From IMG/VR virus record IMGVR_UViG_2690316346_000013: DNA of 9,588 nt, one strand, 5' to 3'. The position numbers and the translations under genes are program-made. The stretch's first letter is position 1, and each line of letters opens with the position of its first letter. Source of the stretch: a virus. Taxonomy: Duplodnaviria > Heunggongvirae > Uroviricota > Caudoviricetes. The notes beneath the pieces are model-generated. The model saw only the letters and a list, made by a program, of their open reading frames with translations, did not search any database and was not told the DNA's origin. Shown one piece after another: positions 6,739 to 9,588 of the stretch.

Positions 6739-6963
6739 AACAGCCCCTCCGGAGAGGGGCTGGAGAGTGGCGCTATGTGCCATTGCATGGTGCCGGGTGC
6801 CTCCCGGTGAATTCAGTACCAGCACCTGAATCCGCGATTATCCCATATACCTACTCGCTGATTGCCCCTCCGCACAGGGGGATTCACCATGCCAGTTTCT
6901 TTTAACAAACTCCCCGCAAACCAGACAACAGTCAACCGCCTGAATTGTGAAGTATTTAAAAAT
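6739..6963. repeat. Hairpin-dense ~225-bp element, copy A' (identical to 801..1025)
   Basis: Lies inside the 1,589-bp duplication. Confidence 0.6.
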
Positions 6964-6986
6964 TTCTCCCGCTAACTGATACCCGG

Positions 6987-7073
6987 CTAACAGTCTGGCG
7001 TTTTCTTTTTCAGCAACGGGAAAGCAACAACCACCACACCCGCCACCAGCACACCGTCAGCCAGCACTGACAT
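6987..7073 (-). CDS. Candidate small hydrophobic peptide (duplicate of 1049..1135)
   Basis: Identical sequence. Confidence 0.25.
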   Translation of the reverse strand: MSVLADGVLVAGVVVVAFPLLKKKTPDC

Positions 7074-7153
7074 TATCCGGCTGCTGCAATGCCATTCACA
7101 AAAACAGTAAGCAATCACTTTTTACCGTAACAGGTGATAATCCAGATATGTAT

Positions 7154-7507
7154 CTACCCCAGATGAGTAATCCGAAGTTCATCCATACCACAGGTCCTGG
7201 CTATTCTGTTGTACTCCTGAACAAGAGCAAATAATTCTGAATTAGCAACCATGAACTCATCGCAAACCCTCTGTATAGCATCACTATTCAGAATAATAAC
7301 GTCTCTTCCCGAAAGACGATCAGGAGTACAGAACAAAACTGTCAAACGGCTGAAGGCCTTTGCTCGTGCTGCATTGACTATATCAATACGCTGCCTAAGG
7401 ATGAAACACCCCGACGCCTCATCAATATTCACTCTACCCACACCATATGAATGATAAATATTTAATGCTGAAAAAACCATTAGACCGTATAACAAACACT
7501 CAATCAA
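7154..7507 (-). CDS. Hypothetical 117-aa protein (duplicate of 1216..1569)
   Basis: Identical sequence. Here it lies about 110 bp downstream of the tRNA cluster on the same strand, with no terminator between them. Confidence 0.4.
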   Translation of the reverse strand: MIECLLYGLMVFSALNIYHSYGVGRVNIDEASGCFILRQRIDIVNAARAKAFSRLTVLFCTPDRLSGRDVIILNSDAIQRVCDEFMVANSELFALVQEYNRIARTCGMDELRITHLG

Positions 7508-7617
7508 TACTTAACAGAACTTTTATTTTTGACAAACATAAAATATTTTCAACAATATCCTGAGCCAGGTATATTTCAGTATAAGGCTCTGCCGGAAGGA
7601 ATCTGGAAGAATGAATA

Positions 7618-7694
7618 TGGCGCGCTGTACTGGATTCGAACCAGTGACCGATTGCTTAGAAGGCAATTGCTCTGTCCGGCTGAGCTAACAACGC
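7618..7694 (-). tRNA. tRNA-Arg (anticodon UCU), second copy with U4.G69 in the acceptor stem
   Basis: Same as 3754..3830 except for c at 7625 (t at 3761), which turns the U4-A69 pair into a U.G wobble. Confidence 0.75.
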
Positions 7695-7707
7695 ATGATG
7701 CAGATAA

Positions 7708-7784
7708 TGGACCGCCATCGGGGACTTGAACCCCGCGCAGCCAGCTTCGAAGGCTGGCGCTCTTTCCTGATGAGCTAATGGCGG
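7708..7784 (-). tRNA. tRNA-Arg (anticodon UCG), second copy
   Basis: Identical to 3844..3920. Confidence 0.7.
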
Positions 7785-7791
7785 TATGTGA

Positions 7792-7867
7792 TGGTGGCCC
7801 TTGCTGGATTTGAACCAGCGACCTGGCGATTATGAGTCGCTCGCTCTCACCACTGAGCTAAAGGGCC
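7792..7867 (-). tRNA. tRNA-Ile2-like (anticodon CAU), second copy
   Basis: Identical to 3928..4003. Confidence 0.8.
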
Positions 7868-7907
7868 GGGAGCCGCATAATAACGACGCGTAATTAATTC
7901 TTCAATA

Positions 7908-8966
7908 TCATCCGTTCTGGCTGACTAAATCCTGTACTTCCCGAACCGTCTGCTCAAAACGTTCAGTCTCCAGCTCAACGCCAATTGCACGACGCCCGAG
8001 CGCCAGTGCCGCTTTCACTGTCGAACCCAACCCCATGAAAAAATCTGCAATCAGGTCACCCGGACGACTGCTAGCGCTGATTATCTGCTGCAGCATTTCT
8101 GCCGGTTTTTCGCACGGATGTTTCCCGGGATAGAACTGCACCGGTTTATGCGTCCACACATCGGTATACGGCACCTGCACCGTCACGCCAAAATACCGCC
8201 GCAGATGTTTATATTCACTCAGCAGCTCCGCATACTGCCGGTTCAGTGAGGTATACGTATCCACCAGCTGGTGGTGGAGCTTTTCCAGTTCACCACGCCG
8301 ATGCTTCTCTTCTGCCACCCGGGCAAACAGCGCCTGTAATTTCAGATAATCGCTTTCATTCGGCAACTGCCACTGACCGGCACTGAACCAGTGCGACACC
8401 ATGTTTTTCTTTCCTGTGGCATCTGCAATCTGTTTTGCCGTTATCCCCAGGGCAGCTCGCGCATCACGAAAGTAAGAAATCAGCGGGGCCATCACATGCT
8501 GTTTCAGTGCACTGCCCTTCGCCGCATACCCGGCATCTTTCGGACGATACGGCCCCTGATAATGTTCCGCGAACAGAATGCGCTCTGTGGCGGGGAAATA
8601 CGCCCGCAGGCTTTCCTTGTTGCATCCGTTCCAGCGTCCGGACGGCTTCGCCCAGATAATATGGTTCAGCACACTGAAGCGTTCACGCATCATGATTTCG
8701 ATATCAGATGCCAGGCGATGACCACAGAACAGGTAAAGACTTCCGGCAGGTTTCAGCACCCGCCAGAACTGCGCCAGACACTGGTCCAGCCACTTCAGGT
8801 AATCATCGTCGCCCTTCCACTGGTTATCCCAGCCCTCAGGCTTCACTTTAAAGTACGGCGGGTCCGTGACTATCAGGTCAACAGAATTTTCGGGTAACGA
8901 CCGGATAAATTCCAGGCAGTCGGCGTTGATTAACTCACAACTGGATATTTTTACAGTATTAAGCAT
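7908..8966 (-). CDS. Beta-class amino-DNA methyltransferase (N6-adenine or N4-cytosine), 352 aa, phage-type orphan
   Basis: Motif IV DPPY (…DLIVTDPPYF…) near the N-terminus and motif I FxGxG (…DFFMGLGSTV…) near the C-terminus, which is the beta-class order. No adjacent restriction endonuclease candidate. Sits immediately upstream of the tRNA triplet on the same strand. Confidence 0.85.
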   Translation of the reverse strand: MLNTVKISSCELINADCLEFIRSLPENSVDLIVTDPPYFKVKPEGWDNQWKGDDDYLKWLDQCLAQFWRVLKPAGSLYLFCGHRLASDIEIMMRERFSVLNHIIWAKPSGRWNGCNKESLRAYFPATERILFAEHYQGPYRPKDAGYAAKGSALKQHVMAPLISYFRDARAALGITAKQIADATGKKNMVSHWFSAGQWQLPNESDYLKLQALFARVAEEKHRRGELEKLHHQLVDTYTSLNRQYAELLSEYKHLRRYFGVTVQVPYTDVWTHKPVQFYPGKHPCEKPAEMLQQIISASSRPGDLIADFFMGLGSTVKAALALGRRAIGVELETERFEQTVREVQDLVSQNG

Positions 8967-8998
8967 GGATCATTAAGCCTGTCTCTGATAGGCTCATT

Positions 8999-9017
8999 CT
9001 GCTTTTGCGCAAAGCAG
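8999..9017. promoter_or_regulatory. Near-perfect palindrome (ctgcttt-tgcgca-aagcag) 33 bp upstream of the methyltransferase start: candidate operator or RNA hairpin
   Basis: Dyad symmetry read directly from the sequence; function is inferred. Confidence 0.3.
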
Positions 9018-9058
9018 TGGGCCTGAGGTTTGCTTGTGAACCCAACGCATGAGCAGAT

Positions 9059-9089
9059 GGCTGGTGGGTGCCCCTAACACCCACCAGCC
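9059..9089 (-). other. Strong hairpin (perfect 12-bp stem ggctggtgggtg / cacccaccagcc, 7-nt loop) with no U-tract
   Basis: Perfect inverted repeat between the upstream terminator and the methyltransferase. Not followed by a T-run on either strand, so it is not a canonical intrinsic terminator. Confidence 0.4.
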
Positions 9090-9100
9090 GCCCATTTACC

Positions 9101-9130
9101 ACAAATAAAAAAGCCTTCACTGCGGAAGGC
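9101..9130 (-). terminator. Rho-independent terminator after the 65-aa gene (minus strand)
   Basis: On the minus strand: stem gccuuc / gaaggc with a 6-nt loop, followed by UUUUUUAUUU. The TGA stop of the 65-aa ORF lies inside the stem. Confidence 0.6.
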
Positions 9131-9314
9131 GTCTGTAACAACCGAACTGATAGTCTGCCAGACCCGCCATAACCAGCTGGGTCAGTATTAACTGGCAGCG
9201 TTCGCGTGAAAGGTAAGTATTCTGCGCTATCTCCCCGACTGTCGCCGGTTCGGTAACGCTTAATTCATTAAACACCACTCTGGCGGTTTCTGTCATATCC
9301 TGCTGTTTTAGCAT
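9117..9314 (-). CDS. Small HTH-like DNA-binding protein, 65 aa
   Basis: Good RBS (GGAAAAGGAAAAG before the ATG). The segment …ATVGEIAQNTYLSRERCQLILTQLVMAGLA… has the spacing of a helix-turn-helix or winged-helix motif. Bracketed by two intrinsic terminators. Confidence 0.5.
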   Translation of the reverse strand: MLKQQDMTETARVVFNELSVTEPATVGEIAQNTYLSRERCQLILTQLVMAGLADYQFGCYRRLPQ

Positions 9315-9434
9315 GTCTTTTCCTTTTCCGGTTAACGTGACACACCAATAACTCTTGTCGAAAAAGCCAGCAAGCTGAAAGACAGGTATTCACCGCCACC
9401 AGCGCGTTTACTGTACTGACGCGATTTCAGTCAT

Positions 9435-9458
9435 AAAAAACCCGCTCGGCGGCGGGTT
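9435..9458 (-). terminator. Rho-independent terminator (minus strand) downstream of a gene whose 3' end lies at the window edge
   Basis: On the minus strand: stem cccgc / gcggg, extendable by two A-U pairs, followed by a run of 6 U. An open minus-strand reading frame enters from the window end (about 9557..9588). Confidence 0.55.
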
Positions 9459-9588
9459 GTAGAAACTCTTCTAACGTCAGGCATAAAACGCCCATCGTTA
9501 TGACGAATTTACCACAGATTCCGGAAAAATCAACCTTGTTACCTAGTTACCTTTTTTAACTGCCGCTCAGCCCATGCTTCTTCAATAT

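Larger units (their letters stand above)
5939..7527. repeat. Copy 2 of the 1,589-bp segmental duplication (identical to 1..1589)
   Basis: See the feature at 1..1589. Confidence 0.85.

Noticed and set aside
8391-8897. Plus-strand ORFs of 168, 126 and 74 aa inside the methyltransferase genes (4527..4907, 4571..4795, 8391..8897, 8435..8659)
   Set aside because: Antisense to the methyltransferase, which has clear catalytic motifs. Arg/Pro-rich translations typical of GC-rich antisense frames.
8959-9141. 60-aa minus-strand ORF across the hairpin and terminator region upstream of the methyltransferase
   Set aside because: Covers two strong RNA hairpins and an intrinsic terminator and overlaps the end of the 65-aa gene. 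More likely non-coding leader.

Overview
This window reads as an IS600-scrambled mosaic of lambdoid-prophage-like remnants, E. coli/Shigella-type, not ordinary core genome. All calls are from reading the sequence and ORF track by eye; no searches were run. Supported content: (1) one complete 1,264-bp IS3-family element that I recognise as IS600 (2046..3309), a 5'-truncated copy (4846..5983) and a 45-bp right-end fragment at the window start; (2) a module of beta-class DPPY DNA methyltransferase followed by three minus-strand tRNAs (Ile-CAU, Arg-UCG, Arg-UCU), present twice, the first copy with its methyltransferase truncated by IS600; (3) a perfectly duplicated 1,589-bp AT-rich accessory block (1..1589 = 5939..7527) carrying uncharacterised small ORFs; (4) a hairpin-dense ~225-bp element in three copies; (5) an ankyrin-repeat ORF fragment; (6) a terminator- and hairpin-rich control region with a 65-aa HTH-like gene upstream of the intact methyltransferase. 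No Shiga toxin genes, CRISPR array or rRNA are present. The most interesting unexplained material is the rare-codon-rich cargo block between the tRNAs and IS600 and the repeated structured element; I cannot assign either a function from sequence alone.
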